A stretch of 64,000 nucleotides of DNA from Barthelona sp. PCE. Taxonomy: Eukaryota. This document shows positions 9,065 to 19,400 of the stretch, piece by piece. The DNA is taken from positions 1,302,001-1,366,000 of the forward strand of contig JAUFOR010000008.1 of assembly GCA_040285745.1 (NCBI GenBank), in the 5' to 3' direction. The notes under the pieces are model-generated. The model was not told where the DNA came from. It saw only the letters and a program-made list of their open reading frames with translations, and did no database searches. Numbering within the stretch: the first letter of the stretch is position 1; every line of letters begins with the position of its first letter. A program made the position numbers and the translations under genes.

Positions 9065-10720
9065 ATGAGCGTTTTTAACAAACTGTTCACACTGTTATTT
9101 GTGGTTATTACGGTCTCTCAAGCAAGCAGAGTTTGCTATTCTGCTTATTATATTGAAAAAAGCGATTCATTCCAGATTAAACCTGTTTTGGATGCTTTTT
9201 CAACTGCATATGGCTGCTTTAATGATACATTAAGCACTACTGGCTTCACTACATTGCAGATTGAGTCCAAATTTGATCGATTTAACACAGCTCTCCCAGT
9301 ACTTCGTGCTATTGGATATTTAGAGGGATATCTTACACACTCACGTATCAAACGCTTCCATGCGCACCTACTGAAGAAGACCAAAGCAGAGATGAAATAC
9401 ACAGGTGAAGGATATCCCCCACAGCTCAAGAATTTCTTTACTACAAACATGAACTATCTTGAGTATTGGGCTCAGTTCGAACACGACGAGTATTACAATG
9501 CTGTTTCTATGATTAAAAAACAACTTTACGGTGTCGTTGAGGGTATGAAGGCTCAAGGAACGGAGTTCACATATTTTGATTTGTATTTTGTTAACTCATA
9601 CGCAGATATGATTGACATAATCCCCTCCATTTTGCTCAAGGAGGAGGAGCAGCACTATGACAACCGTTATTGGACCATGCACTCGCACTGCTCAGCAGGA
9701 ATTCGTTTGACAGACAGTGATATTTTCATGTGGCACACAACATGGAATTCCTATGAAGATATGCTTCCCTATCACGTTGCGAAGAGCTATTTGATGGGTA
9801 AGTTTGGATACACAGCAACAGGTATCTACGGCCAGTTGAACTCATGTGATGATTTTTGGAGATTGGAAAACGGTATCACAATATTTGAGACAACGTTGAA
9901 TGTTTTTAACGATGATCTGCATAAGAGCATCGTCCCTACCTCCTTCCTCAATTTTATTCGTACCCTTGCTGCAGTTCATGCGTTTGATACACCGGAATCC
10001 ATCGCACAGGGAATTACCATTCGAAACTCTGGTACATATAACTGCCAGTACTTCATAGTTGATTATAATGGGTTCAAAAACGGTCATTTGATTGATAAGA
10101 GCGCCTTTATGGTTGAAACTATGCCTAATTTCGAGATTGTACAAGACGTTACAAGCATGCTTAATAGAGATAGTTCTTTCAGCACCGATCGCAAGGATAG
10201 CTATAAGAACACAGGATTTATTGGCTCATACAACATGCCTAAGGATCGCAGACTTTTTGTTGTCAGCGGTTACAAGGACCATATTGATAATCATGTAACT
10301 CCCATTCAAAAAGAGTTTTGGGACTACTACGGTTTCAGATGGAATGTATTTGAAACGGAGCTGCCAAAGGCACAGACATTGGATGATATCAAGAATCTGA
10401 TGAGGAGAAACAATGATAAAAGAGATCCCGGTCTCTCACTTGCTCCTCGTTTTGATCTACGCAAGCCTGATTCAAAATATGGAAAGCCCATGTCCTTTGG
10501 TGCTCATGATGTCAAGATCGCCACACTCAATCTTGATAAACCCCGTGACTTCCACTACATTGTATCTCCTCCACGTAACGAGGGCAACGACGGTCCTTTA
10601 CTTCCTGCATTTGTCTTTGGTCAAGATTCTGATATTCCTGATTGGAGTCCCAAAAAGTGGAATTTCACATGGGACTACGTTTCAGCAGAGGTGGATTTTA
10701 CAGCACCCTTAGATAATTAA
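9065..10720 (+). CDS. Phospholipase B-like lysosomal Ntn-hydrolase (PLBD family)
   Basis: Signal peptide from ATG 9065; GYLEGYLT, HCSA (nucleophile Cys), HTTW, DDF, ETT, NSGTYN, SYN, PRFDL, GAHDVK. Confidence 0.92.
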   Translation: MSVFNKLFTLLFVVITVSQASRVCYSAYYIEKSDSFQIKPVLDAFSTAYGCFNDTLSTTGFTTLQIESKFDRFNTALPVLRAIGYLEGYLTHSRIKRFHAHLLKKTKAEMKYTGEGYPPQLKNFFTTNMNYLEYWAQFEHDEYYNAVSMIKKQLYGVVEGMKAQGTEFTYFDLYFVNSYADMIDIIPSILLKEEEQHYDNRYWTMHSHCSAGIRLTDSDIFMWHTTWNSYEDMLPYHVAKSYLMGKFGYTATGIYGQLNSCDDFWRLENGITIFETTLNVFNDDLHKSIVPTSFLNFIRTLAAVHAFDTPESIAQGITIRNSGTYNCQYFIVDYNGFKNGHLIDKSAFMVETMPNFEIVQDVTSMLNRDSSFSTDRKDSYKNTGFIGSYNMPKDRRLFVVSGYKDHIDNHVTPIQKEFWDYYGFRWNVFETELPKAQTLDDIKNLMRRNNDKRDPGLSLAPRFDLRKPDSKYGKPMSFGAHDVKIATLNLDKPRDFHYIVSPPRNEGNDGPLLPAFVFGQDSDIPDWSPKKWNFTWDYVSAEVDFTAPLDN

Positions 10721-10727
10721 TAAATAG

Positions 10728-12584
10728 TTAGATAGTTCCTATGCTTGCTGAACTAAAAATTCCATGTTCGCAGTTAGTCAGAGCTTCTAACACACTGTAT
10801 CTCTTGAGCTCAGTAGTTGAGGTTCCCAACTCATCAAATGATATTTCGTACTTAATAATGTCCAATCCATCAAGAGAAGGATTGATTCCTGATAGCAAAA
10901 AAGGTTTTGAAGGAAACAGCTCAAAATCACCAATTTCCTTGCCGTTTATCGCAGGAATACTTCTAGTTACAGATACCTCTCCATCAGCAAAGCGATACAC
11001 AACATTTCTAACAATAAAAACATCCTCACTGATGAAATGCACGAACCTCAACAAAGACTTATGAGTTATAGTGTTTTCCCCACTACAAATGGTGATCGGC
11101 AACAGTACAAGCGACTCCTTGTCAAACCACCACAGCTGGATACAATCAGGATTTAAAGTGATAGCCATCAATGGATTGAAATGGTTAATGTAGAGTTTCA
11201 TTGCAGGAACTTCCTCAGTAGTAAACTGAAATTTCCCCTCACACATGGTGCCAAACCCAATGAAATGATGCATGAGCACCCAGACTGTTTCATCGTAAAC
11301 GTCAGCTATGCCATATTCTTGCAAACAAACAATACTATCGTTAACATGCAATACTCTTGAGTTGTTCCTAACAAAAACATCGTCAGACCAAGCAGTGTAT
11401 TTATCACTGCTTGTTTTGCAACATTCTCCATCAACGTAATAGTATATTGAATCATCCTTGTGTTTTTCAGCGTGATACGTAACAACTCTACCGTATTTTG
11501 CGGAATAAGACTGTCTGAAATGGACTAATTCTGGAGCGTCCATGTTATTAAACATAAACAACATGTTTTTTGGAGTTTCATTCAAAATGTCGACAGAAAA
11601 AATACAATTGCTGTTATACAACAAAGGTAACATCCTTAAGGTTACTCTTCTCTTTTGTAACATACCCGATAATACCATACCAAACATTGCAGAAGGACTT
11701 CTTTCAATTACAATCGGAGCTAAGCATCCGTTGCTTGCATTGTACATCTGTCCGTTTATGCCAACGATTTGCCTCAACAGACAAGTTCCTATGCCTACGG
11801 TGAAATCATCAATGCCAGAATGTAGCGAGAAAGCAATGGAATCAAATTTTGGAGAAGAAACTTGTAAAAAAATTTTATCTTCATACTGAAAACAACACTG
11901 AATTAGTCTTTTAGGGAGCCTTAGAGGGGGATACGTTGCCAATTTGCCAAAGCAGCCATCTTCATCAATTCCAAACATATGAATGTGTTGATTCCCTAGT
12001 TCAATTACGTGATAGGTCTCGGAGTTCATGACGTAATACACTTCTTTCAACTTCATGTCTCCTATTTGTTCTAACTGTGGGTTATTAAGCGCATCAAAAC
12101 GAATATAAACGGTGGTATTGTCTTCCATTTTAAAAAAAGGTGCATTTCTACCCATATAATAAGTTCTTAAATTACCCAGATCAAAACATTCTGAAGTTAT
12201 CACGTCCACGTAGTGTAACGATTCATTACTCTTGTCGTAGTATATCACAAATCTATCTGCACAGATGCACTGCAAATTATACGTATCAAACGAAATCGGC
12301 AGTGTATACCGACCCACCTCTTCGACTACCCCATTGTTTAGAGAATAAAATGAAATATCATTATTTTCTTCAAGTTCATGAACTGATGCAAAAAATTTTG
12401 ACCCATGGCACTTATAGAACGATGAAGAAGGGAATGGGAGATCTACTTTCATGTTCACATTAGTGTATAAATGATGCCTATTTCCCAAAATTGTACCCTT
12501 ATGGGGTTCAAACAAAAATGAACCATTTGAAGAGTTGTGTATTGACCCATTGTCAGTGGTTATATTGCCCTTAATTCGAGGCAT
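10728..12584 (-). CDS. Hypothetical beta-rich protein (~618 aa), probable lineage-specific family
   Basis: Long ORF starting MPRI with no recognisable motif; resembles 45352-47304 in size, start and composition. Confidence 0.75.
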   Translation of the reverse strand: MPRIKGNITTDNGSIHNSSNGSFLFEPHKGTILGNRHHLYTNVNMKVDLPFPSSSFYKCHGSKFFASVHELEENNDISFYSLNNGVVEEVGRYTLPISFDTYNLQCICADRFVIYYDKSNESLHYVDVITSECFDLGNLRTYYMGRNAPFFKMEDNTTVYIRFDALNNPQLEQIGDMKLKEVYYVMNSETYHVIELGNQHIHMFGIDEDGCFGKLATYPPLRLPKRLIQCCFQYEDKIFLQVSSPKFDSIAFSLHSGIDDFTVGIGTCLLRQIVGINGQMYNASNGCLAPIVIERSPSAMFGMVLSGMLQKRRVTLRMLPLLYNSNCIFSVDILNETPKNMLFMFNNMDAPELVHFRQSYSAKYGRVVTYHAEKHKDDSIYYYVDGECCKTSSDKYTAWSDDVFVRNNSRVLHVNDSIVCLQEYGIADVYDETVWVLMHHFIGFGTMCEGKFQFTTEEVPAMKLYINHFNPLMAITLNPDCIQLWWFDKESLVLLPITICSGENTITHKSLLRFVHFISEDVFIVRNVVYRFADGEVSVTRSIPAINGKEIGDFELFPSKPFLLSGINPSLDGLDIIKYEISFDELGTSTTELKRYSVLEALTNCEHGIFSSASIGTI

Positions 12585-12655
12585 GTTCAAAAACCTGTTG
12601 AAAAGATAAAAAATAAAAAATTCAAGAAAGCTTTACACACTCAAGATATGTCTTG

Positions 12656-13819
12656 TTATTCAATCGGGGTCACACGGAACAAGAAGCAATCATGTCTGTT
12701 CAACTCCAAGCGTATGGTCTTATCCAAGAAAAAAGTTCGATCATTCCAAATATCATAAACTTTTGCCTTTTTGAGACCCAGATCAGCGATATCAAAGTCC
12801 ATATGGTAATCCCACATTGTGGTGAATATTACAACTGCAAAATCTCCATTAGAAAGACGTCTAGCCCATATCTCCCGTTCATCAACCAAATCCTTATACA
12901 TACGGTATCCTTGTGGTGAAGGATCCTGGTTGAGCGCCAAGGCATGTGTGTTTGTGACTACATCCAAGAGTTCCTTATTCTTTCCCAACTTTCGTAAATC
13001 TGCACCAATTACCAGAGGAGATCCAACAGCTGCGAAAGCGGAAAACTGTGTGCGTTGCTCAAAGAAGTCCATTCCAGAGCAGGATATCTCAAGCATGTCG
13101 GGATAATTGTATCCCTTTCCACCACCTGAATACTTGTGTTTTCCAGCCATAGCATGTAAGTTATGCATAAATGAGCTCCAAGAACACTTGATATCACGTG
13201 AAATACGCCACATGTCTGCGTACTTCATTGCAAAAGTTTGAACATTGTCAAGACCCCATGTACATGCTTCTATTGTGACTGATTCGTATCCTTTTGTGCT
13301 CTCTACGGCAGCTGCAAAATCAGACATGACTTTTTGCATGTTTAAACCCTTTGAATTACACCAATCCATCTTTATATAGCTTACTCCAAGCTCTTCGATG
13401 AAATACTTAGCGTCAACGTCGTAATGGCCGTATGATCCGGGTCTCTTTTGGCACGTTTGTCGGCCATAACAAGAGTATACTCCAAGGGAAGCAGCGTTGT
13501 TAGATACTGATTTAATCTTGTTATTTAGTGCAACCAGACCACTAGGGAACTTCTCTGTATCAAGAATAAGTTTTCCTGTGGTTTTTTCACGTCCAGTAAA
13601 GACACAATCGTCCAAAACAAAGTGTGAGTAACCAAATTGTGATAAGTATGAAAAAACATCGAGTTGTTGGTTGATTAGGTCCTCTGAAATATCACAGCCA
13701 AAGGCGTTCCACGTGTTGAAACCCATAGGTGGAAGATCTGTCTTGGGAAACGCGGCTATTGAGGAAAAAAAAGTAAAAAAGAATAATAGTACAAAACCCA
13801 GGTATGAGGTAGTTCTCAT
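12656..13819 (-). CDS. Secreted alpha-galactosidase, glycoside hydrolase family 27
   Basis: Signal peptide; PPMGFNTWN, LDDC, KFPSG, YIKMDWC (nucleophile Asp), WRISRDI (acid/base Asp), PDMLE, ALNQD. Confidence 0.95.
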   Translation of the reverse strand: MRTTSYLGFVLLFFFTFFSSIAAFPKTDLPPMGFNTWNAFGCDISEDLINQQLDVFSYLSQFGYSHFVLDDCVFTGREKTTGKLILDTEKFPSGLVALNNKIKSVSNNAASLGVYSCYGRQTCQKRPGSYGHYDVDAKYFIEELGVSYIKMDWCNSKGLNMQKVMSDFAAAVESTKGYESVTIEACTWGLDNVQTFAMKYADMWRISRDIKCSWSSFMHNLHAMAGKHKYSGGGKGYNYPDMLEISCSGMDFFEQRTQFSAFAAVGSPLVIGADLRKLGKNKELLDVVTNTHALALNQDPSPQGYRMYKDLVDEREIWARRLSNGDFAVVIFTTMWDYHMDFDIADLGLKKAKVYDIWNDRTFFLDKTIRLELNRHDCFLFRVTPIE

Positions 13820-14024
13820 GGTGGCAAAATAGACGATATTAAAGTTTGAAAAAGTGTAGAAAAGAAAAAACAGTTGCAGGTTTGGAATTCATTTGATAGC
13901 ATAATTGTTGCTAAATTAAGAGAACAAACATTATAAAGTGACAATAATTGAGAGTATGGATGATGTATCGTACTTGTAAAATTGTTTTTACAATTTTTTC
14001 TTTTTTCATTCTGTTTTTGTGGGC

Positions 14025-16472
14025 ATGTTTTCATCTCCATACGATCATGTCGATATGTCATTTAGGAAGAAGGTATCTAGAACTTCATTACCATATCCTC
14101 GTTTCGGAAACAGAAACTCTCCAATAATTCCTTCAAAACAGGACCAACAGTCAGCAATAGCAACCTCCGGACTCAGTATGAGCGAAGTCCGTATTAGACG
14201 TATGAAACTGCACGCTGCTCTGTTGTATCGTATTGGAAAGAGATTGCTTTTTGATGTAATTGCATTTGACGATGATTTAGCATCATTAGACTCCGAAGTG
14301 CAACAGTTCATTACTATATTTCGGGTTGACAAGACTATAATGGATTACATACAGCAACTTGAGAATTGTGATGCAGTTTTGGCAATTCTCTGTTTGATTT
14401 TCAAAAATATTTCTGTTGACCCATACATCTCACTCAAAGGGAGAACATTGCCTGTTGACATATTGGGCAAATACGTCTTTCACGCTCTTGGTCGAGTACG
14501 CATCTTGAAAAAAATAGACGTTGATACTTGCTCGTTTGTTGCATGGCTCATGCGTTTCTGTCGAGCAGAGGAAATGGTGGCGCCGTTACGAATTAATATA
14601 TCGCGGATTGACGCGATAAATAGTTTTTTCAAGCTCACATCTGATAACGACTTGTTTTCTCTGCTTTTTTCACCCCTGTTTGCGATAGAGCGGACGGCAA
14701 TTGCCCACGTGCAGGCTCACAGAGCAGAGTATGCACCAGAAATCGTCATTTACTGCTCAAGGTTGGGGAATTGTTTCAATGAGTTCCGCCCGTTTTCAGA
14801 CCCAGAACTTGCAGTCGCCATGCTTCACTTCAACAATGCATGTATGTTTACAGTGGAAGAGGTGCTGCGAGTGGAAGTAATTGAAAAGAGCGTGCTTCTT
14901 GCACTTTTTAAGTTTCATGACAGAGATATTGGGATTGCACAGCGCATTGTTGCATTGTCTAGCACATGGATCCAACTACACAACGAAGCTGCAGTCGCTG
15001 TACTACAATCAAACGACACCCAGCGCAGAAAACTTGACTTCCTCGGTTTGCTTCCTCACAGTCCGATCAACTGCACCCTGAACCAGGACTTCTTCGACGA
15101 GTTTATGCTTTTCCTTGACGCCCTTCCGCTGTGTGATTTCACAGCACCGAATTCTTTTGAGCTTAATATTCTAAAGCATATCTTCAGCCTATGCCTGCTT
15201 TTTTTCATGCGGAAAGATATCGAATACGGGCAGATAGACATTGTTTCTATCCAAATTCAGCGGATAACACAACATTTTCAGGGATTTTTCCCGAGTTTCA
15301 GATTGTTCCCAAACATTTGTACTCAATACTTTACTGAGATGCTTGACGAGGCACGGGGTGTTGGAGAAGTCCCTGGGATCGTTAGTATTGTTCTAGAACG
15401 ATGTCCCAGTCTTATTGATGTTGAGGAGCGTACTCACTTGCTAAAGATCGATGGTGAAGGGGGCATATCAGTGAATTTGAATAGGGCGCACGTGTACGAC
15501 GAGACGAAGAGGATCTTCCAGCGCAAGACAACAGCTGAAATGCGCGGAAGAATTCATGCAAATTTCATCAACGAGGAGGGTATTGATGCTGGTGGTTTGA
15601 GTCGTGAATGGATGAGTTTAGTGACCCAGGCCATTGTCGAGAAACTGTTTGTTCGCGCAGCAATGGACAATGATTTCTATGTACCAAACATGGTTGACGA
15701 TTCGCTTGATGAGTCGGATTTTAGATTTGCAGGTCAGTTTATTGCAATGTGCGCGCTTCAGGGATATTCGTGTGGCATCCCATTGATTCATACTCTCTTT
15801 GTTGATTATGATGAAGTTGATCCTGTATATATTCTTCGTATGATTGGTAAAGGGACTTTTGTAGATCAGATGCTGCTCACTGAGAATCTGGCAGATTTGA
15901 ATTTGTCAACGACTGTCAAGTATGATAACGGGACAGACGTTGATGTGTGTCCAGGGCAAAACCTGACTAATGATAACGCAGTGGTATATTTGCAGCGCTA
16001 TTGTGAGCACATGCTTTTTAAACAGTATGGTAGTTTTCAAACATCATTTAAAAATGCGTTTTACGATGTTTTATTTAATGGAGGGCCGCCAAAGTACTTT
16101 GTTTTCCACGAGTATTCCGATTTGATTGGCGGAATTAAGCTTACACCCGAGATACTGAAAAGTTGCATCACATTCAATGGTCCTAGTATCGTTAACAAAT
16201 TTCTGTTTGACTTCATTGATGAGTTATCCCATGTAGATTTACAGAGATTGCTTCAGTTCATCACTGGCCAGGCCTTCCTCCCACTGCACGGTGTGCAAGA
16301 GGGGTACATTAAGATTCGTACAATAACCTTTGATGGAGATGCTATTGCACCATTGCCAATTGCTCATACATGTGGTCGTTCGATGGACCTACCTGCATAT
16401 CGGAGTAGGAGCCAATTCAAGACAAAGGTTTTATTTGCAATTCGAAACTGTATTACGTTTGGGTTTGGATAA
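14025..16472 (+). CDS. HECT-domain E3 ubiquitin ligase
   Basis: EEGIDAGGLSREW, LLQFITG, LPIAHTC (catalytic Cys), DLPAY, terminal GFG. Confidence 0.93.
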   Translation: MFSSPYDHVDMSFRKKVSRTSLPYPRFGNRNSPIIPSKQDQQSAIATSGLSMSEVRIRRMKLHAALLYRIGKRLLFDVIAFDDDLASLDSEVQQFITIFRVDKTIMDYIQQLENCDAVLAILCLIFKNISVDPYISLKGRTLPVDILGKYVFHALGRVRILKKIDVDTCSFVAWLMRFCRAEEMVAPLRINISRIDAINSFFKLTSDNDLFSLLFSPLFAIERTAIAHVQAHRAEYAPEIVIYCSRLGNCFNEFRPFSDPELAVAMLHFNNACMFTVEEVLRVEVIEKSVLLALFKFHDRDIGIAQRIVALSSTWIQLHNEAAVAVLQSNDTQRRKLDFLGLLPHSPINCTLNQDFFDEFMLFLDALPLCDFTAPNSFELNILKHIFSLCLLFFMRKDIEYGQIDIVSIQIQRITQHFQGFFPSFRLFPNICTQYFTEMLDEARGVGEVPGIVSIVLERCPSLIDVEERTHLLKIDGEGGISVNLNRAHVYDETKRIFQRKTTAEMRGRIHANFINEEGIDAGGLSREWMSLVTQAIVEKLFVRAAMDNDFYVPNMVDDSLDESDFRFAGQFIAMCALQGYSCGIPLIHTLFVDYDEVDPVYILRMIGKGTFVDQMLLTENLADLNLSTTVKYDNGTDVDVCPGQNLTNDNAVVYLQRYCEHMLFKQYGSFQTSFKNAFYDVLFNGGPPKYFVFHEYSDLIGGIKLTPEILKSCITFNGPSIVNKFLFDFIDELSHVDLQRLLQFITGQAFLPLHGVQEGYIKIRTITFDGDAIAPLPIAHTCGRSMDLPAYRSRSQFKTKVLFAIRNCITFGFG

Positions 16473-16481
16473 CAGCACTGC

Positions 16482-19400
16482 TCAAATGAAATTTTCATTT
16501 AGCTCAATGACTTCTGCCTCCAGCTGTTCCACAGATTTCCCTTCAACATCTTCGTCGTCAGTAAACACTGGCGGTGGGAACTCGTGCTCAGCCTCCTCTA
16601 CCAGCCTCGCCATAACATCATCATCGATCTTGATTGGGGAAAGAAGAGCTAGATCATAAAATGGAATTGGGAGATTTTCCTGTATGGGCGTTGAAGGTTC
16701 TTCATCTTCGTTATCTGCCACTTCGTCTTCTGATGCTGGTTCCTCTCCCGCCTCAATCTCAGGTTCCGACTCAGTAACCTTCTCTTTTAGCATACGTTTC
16801 ATCTCGCTTTGCTCCTGGAAAGCTTTGAATTCATCGACGATTTCATTAAAAGTCACATGATGCTTTTGTGTTATTCCTGTTTCACATGCATCTTTTTGCG
16901 CTTTCAGGTCTTCAATTTGCTCCTTACGCTTCTTGTCGGCACGAATGGCTAGCTGGATAAGCTTCTGTCTGTGCACGCTGGGATTCTTCTTCTTGAATTC
17001 TTCATACTGAAAGACACTTGGTGCTAATAAATGCAAGACGTATTTGCCTAACTCTGTGATATCGTGATCAATACTGAACGTGTTCATACTATTGCGAATG
17101 AGCGCATTCGCCCCCAATAAAACAAGGCGGAAGCCGAGCACGGGATTGTGAATAACTATATTGTGAACAAAGTTCATACCCATCTCTACGTTATATGCAC
17201 TACACGAGTCTTTCAGTAGAGAAAGAGGCTTATCCGCGTATTTTAGTAGAGCTGGTGATATGGAAGAACTGTAGCTCATACGGACGATGACCTTTGAAAC
17301 AAGAACTCCAAGGGAAGGATCAGTCACTTCTTTGTACTTCTTACGCAGGTATTGCATTGCGGTCAGAAGATCTTCTGCATGTAGCTCCTCAAGAATTCGA
17401 CCGTTGGCAAATGTGAGATGATAGATGGTAGCCAGTATCAGAAGGAGCATAGAATGTCTGCGTTTGCACGTTCTGATGAGATTGAACGATAGCTCTGCAA
17501 AGATTGACTCAAGATTACGATCCTTCAACAAGTCTTTACCAATCGTCTGCAGTGAAAGCAGCGATACTATGTTGATCATTGCAAGTCTTAGGTGATGGTT
17601 TGAACGATGACGCATGAGCGTTTCGTTGAATATCTCAAAAACGTCCATTCGGAGCAAGAGTTTGCGCATTTCTGATGATAGAAGACAAGCAGCGATTGTG
17701 ATACAGACGCGGTCAGGAACTACAGGCATGAACCTCAACAGTTCTTCAAAGAAGAGCTCGGCATCCATCTCGCTCTTAAACTTGATGTATTCCTTTGGAT
17801 CTTCAGAAAGAACAATTGAAAGTGTGATGAGGTCAAGAACAACACAAATGACATCAGTGTCCTCAACGCCTGCAGGAATATCAGATAACTCAGACAATAG
17901 TGTGACTATGCTACTGCCATGTAGGTTATGCTCTTTAATGCTGTTATATCTAGCACTTGAAAATGAACTCAGCAACAGCACTCTATAACTGAGATCAAAA
18001 AGTGCTACACGTGCCTTGCGCTCCTCACGGAGTTCTGTAAAACGAATTTTTTCTGTGAAGGCAAACATTTTCTTGGTGACATCGTATGCCTTTTCAAAGT
18101 CACTTCTTCTTTCGCGCTCTCTATGCTTGCGGCGACGCTTCCTCTTAATATACTTCTTGTTGTCCTCTTCGTACAGCACGCGGTCACGGATTGCTTTCCT
18201 CAAAATCTCTTCTTTTCTTTGTTTACGCACCAAGCGCTCGTGATGCAAGAGTGATTGGAGGTAATCCTTTTGGTTGAGATGTCTCAGATCAGTGATGACG
18301 GTGTGGTCGAGTTTTGCGCATGTTTCAAAAGGAATCGCACAAATTCTTTGAATATCGCACTCGGAACCCATCATTTTTTTGAACATTGTATAGTTCGTCA
18401 AACTCAGATACACAATCGTCAGTGCAGATGCCACAATTGGGTGTCTGTTGCGGTGGATGACGGCTAGCTTCGATAGATGGTCGAACAACATGTGCACGTG
18501 GTCAATTCTGTGCAAATACGGGAAACAAAACTGGAACAGCTGCTCTGTCACAAACAGAACGTTGGCAATGATTGCAGCCGATAGACGGATGGTACTGGAC
18601 TGGATGAGTACATTGATAGCCTTGAAAAGATCATTAACTACGCTGATTAGGCTGTCGTTCTCTTCGGGCCACACATCGGCCACGTTGATGAGGTATGCCT
18701 TTGCTGCGCTCAGCGCACAGTTAATGACACCTTTGAAGGATGTCTTGCTTGCAATGACTTCATTGACAGCAATGAGGACTCTCTCATCAAAAATCAACGT
18801 TTGCTTCTGAGCCAACAGTTCAATAACACCAAATAAAGTCTCGATCATAAAGTTCTCGTTTCCGTTAACCTCAATGAGTTTGATTGCCTTCCTGACTATG
18901 TCATCAGGTTTAGCTATCTCTAGATCTGTATCAACATATAAAGCAAAAAGCATTCCAAAAGTGGCAATTGCAGCGCTTGCAGTATCGAACCACCGACAGC
19001 ACATTGTACCGACGGAGTTTAAGAAGTCTGACTCGAATGAGAACTCGTGTGTGGCGTAAATCGTTGTAAGACAAAGCATTGCACCTAATTGGACCGATTC
19101 TGAAATGGAGTCATCGATGTTGATGATGTGCATTTGGAACACAGTAACAAACCCAGCACGGACAAATGCATTACTGGAGTCTGCGTTGAGTAGTTTAGTT
19201 AGAAGAACGACAGCAATTTTTGAAAAATCTACAACAAAAATCTCCATCAAAAGAAACTCTAAAATAGATATCTCTTCACCGTGGCTCAGCATATGTGCGT
19301 GATTCTCTTCGCATGCAGAGATGAACAAAGAGAAAAGATCCATAGCTGACGACACATCGCATGTTTCTCTCAATTCCTTGTATAAAAGACCCATCACACC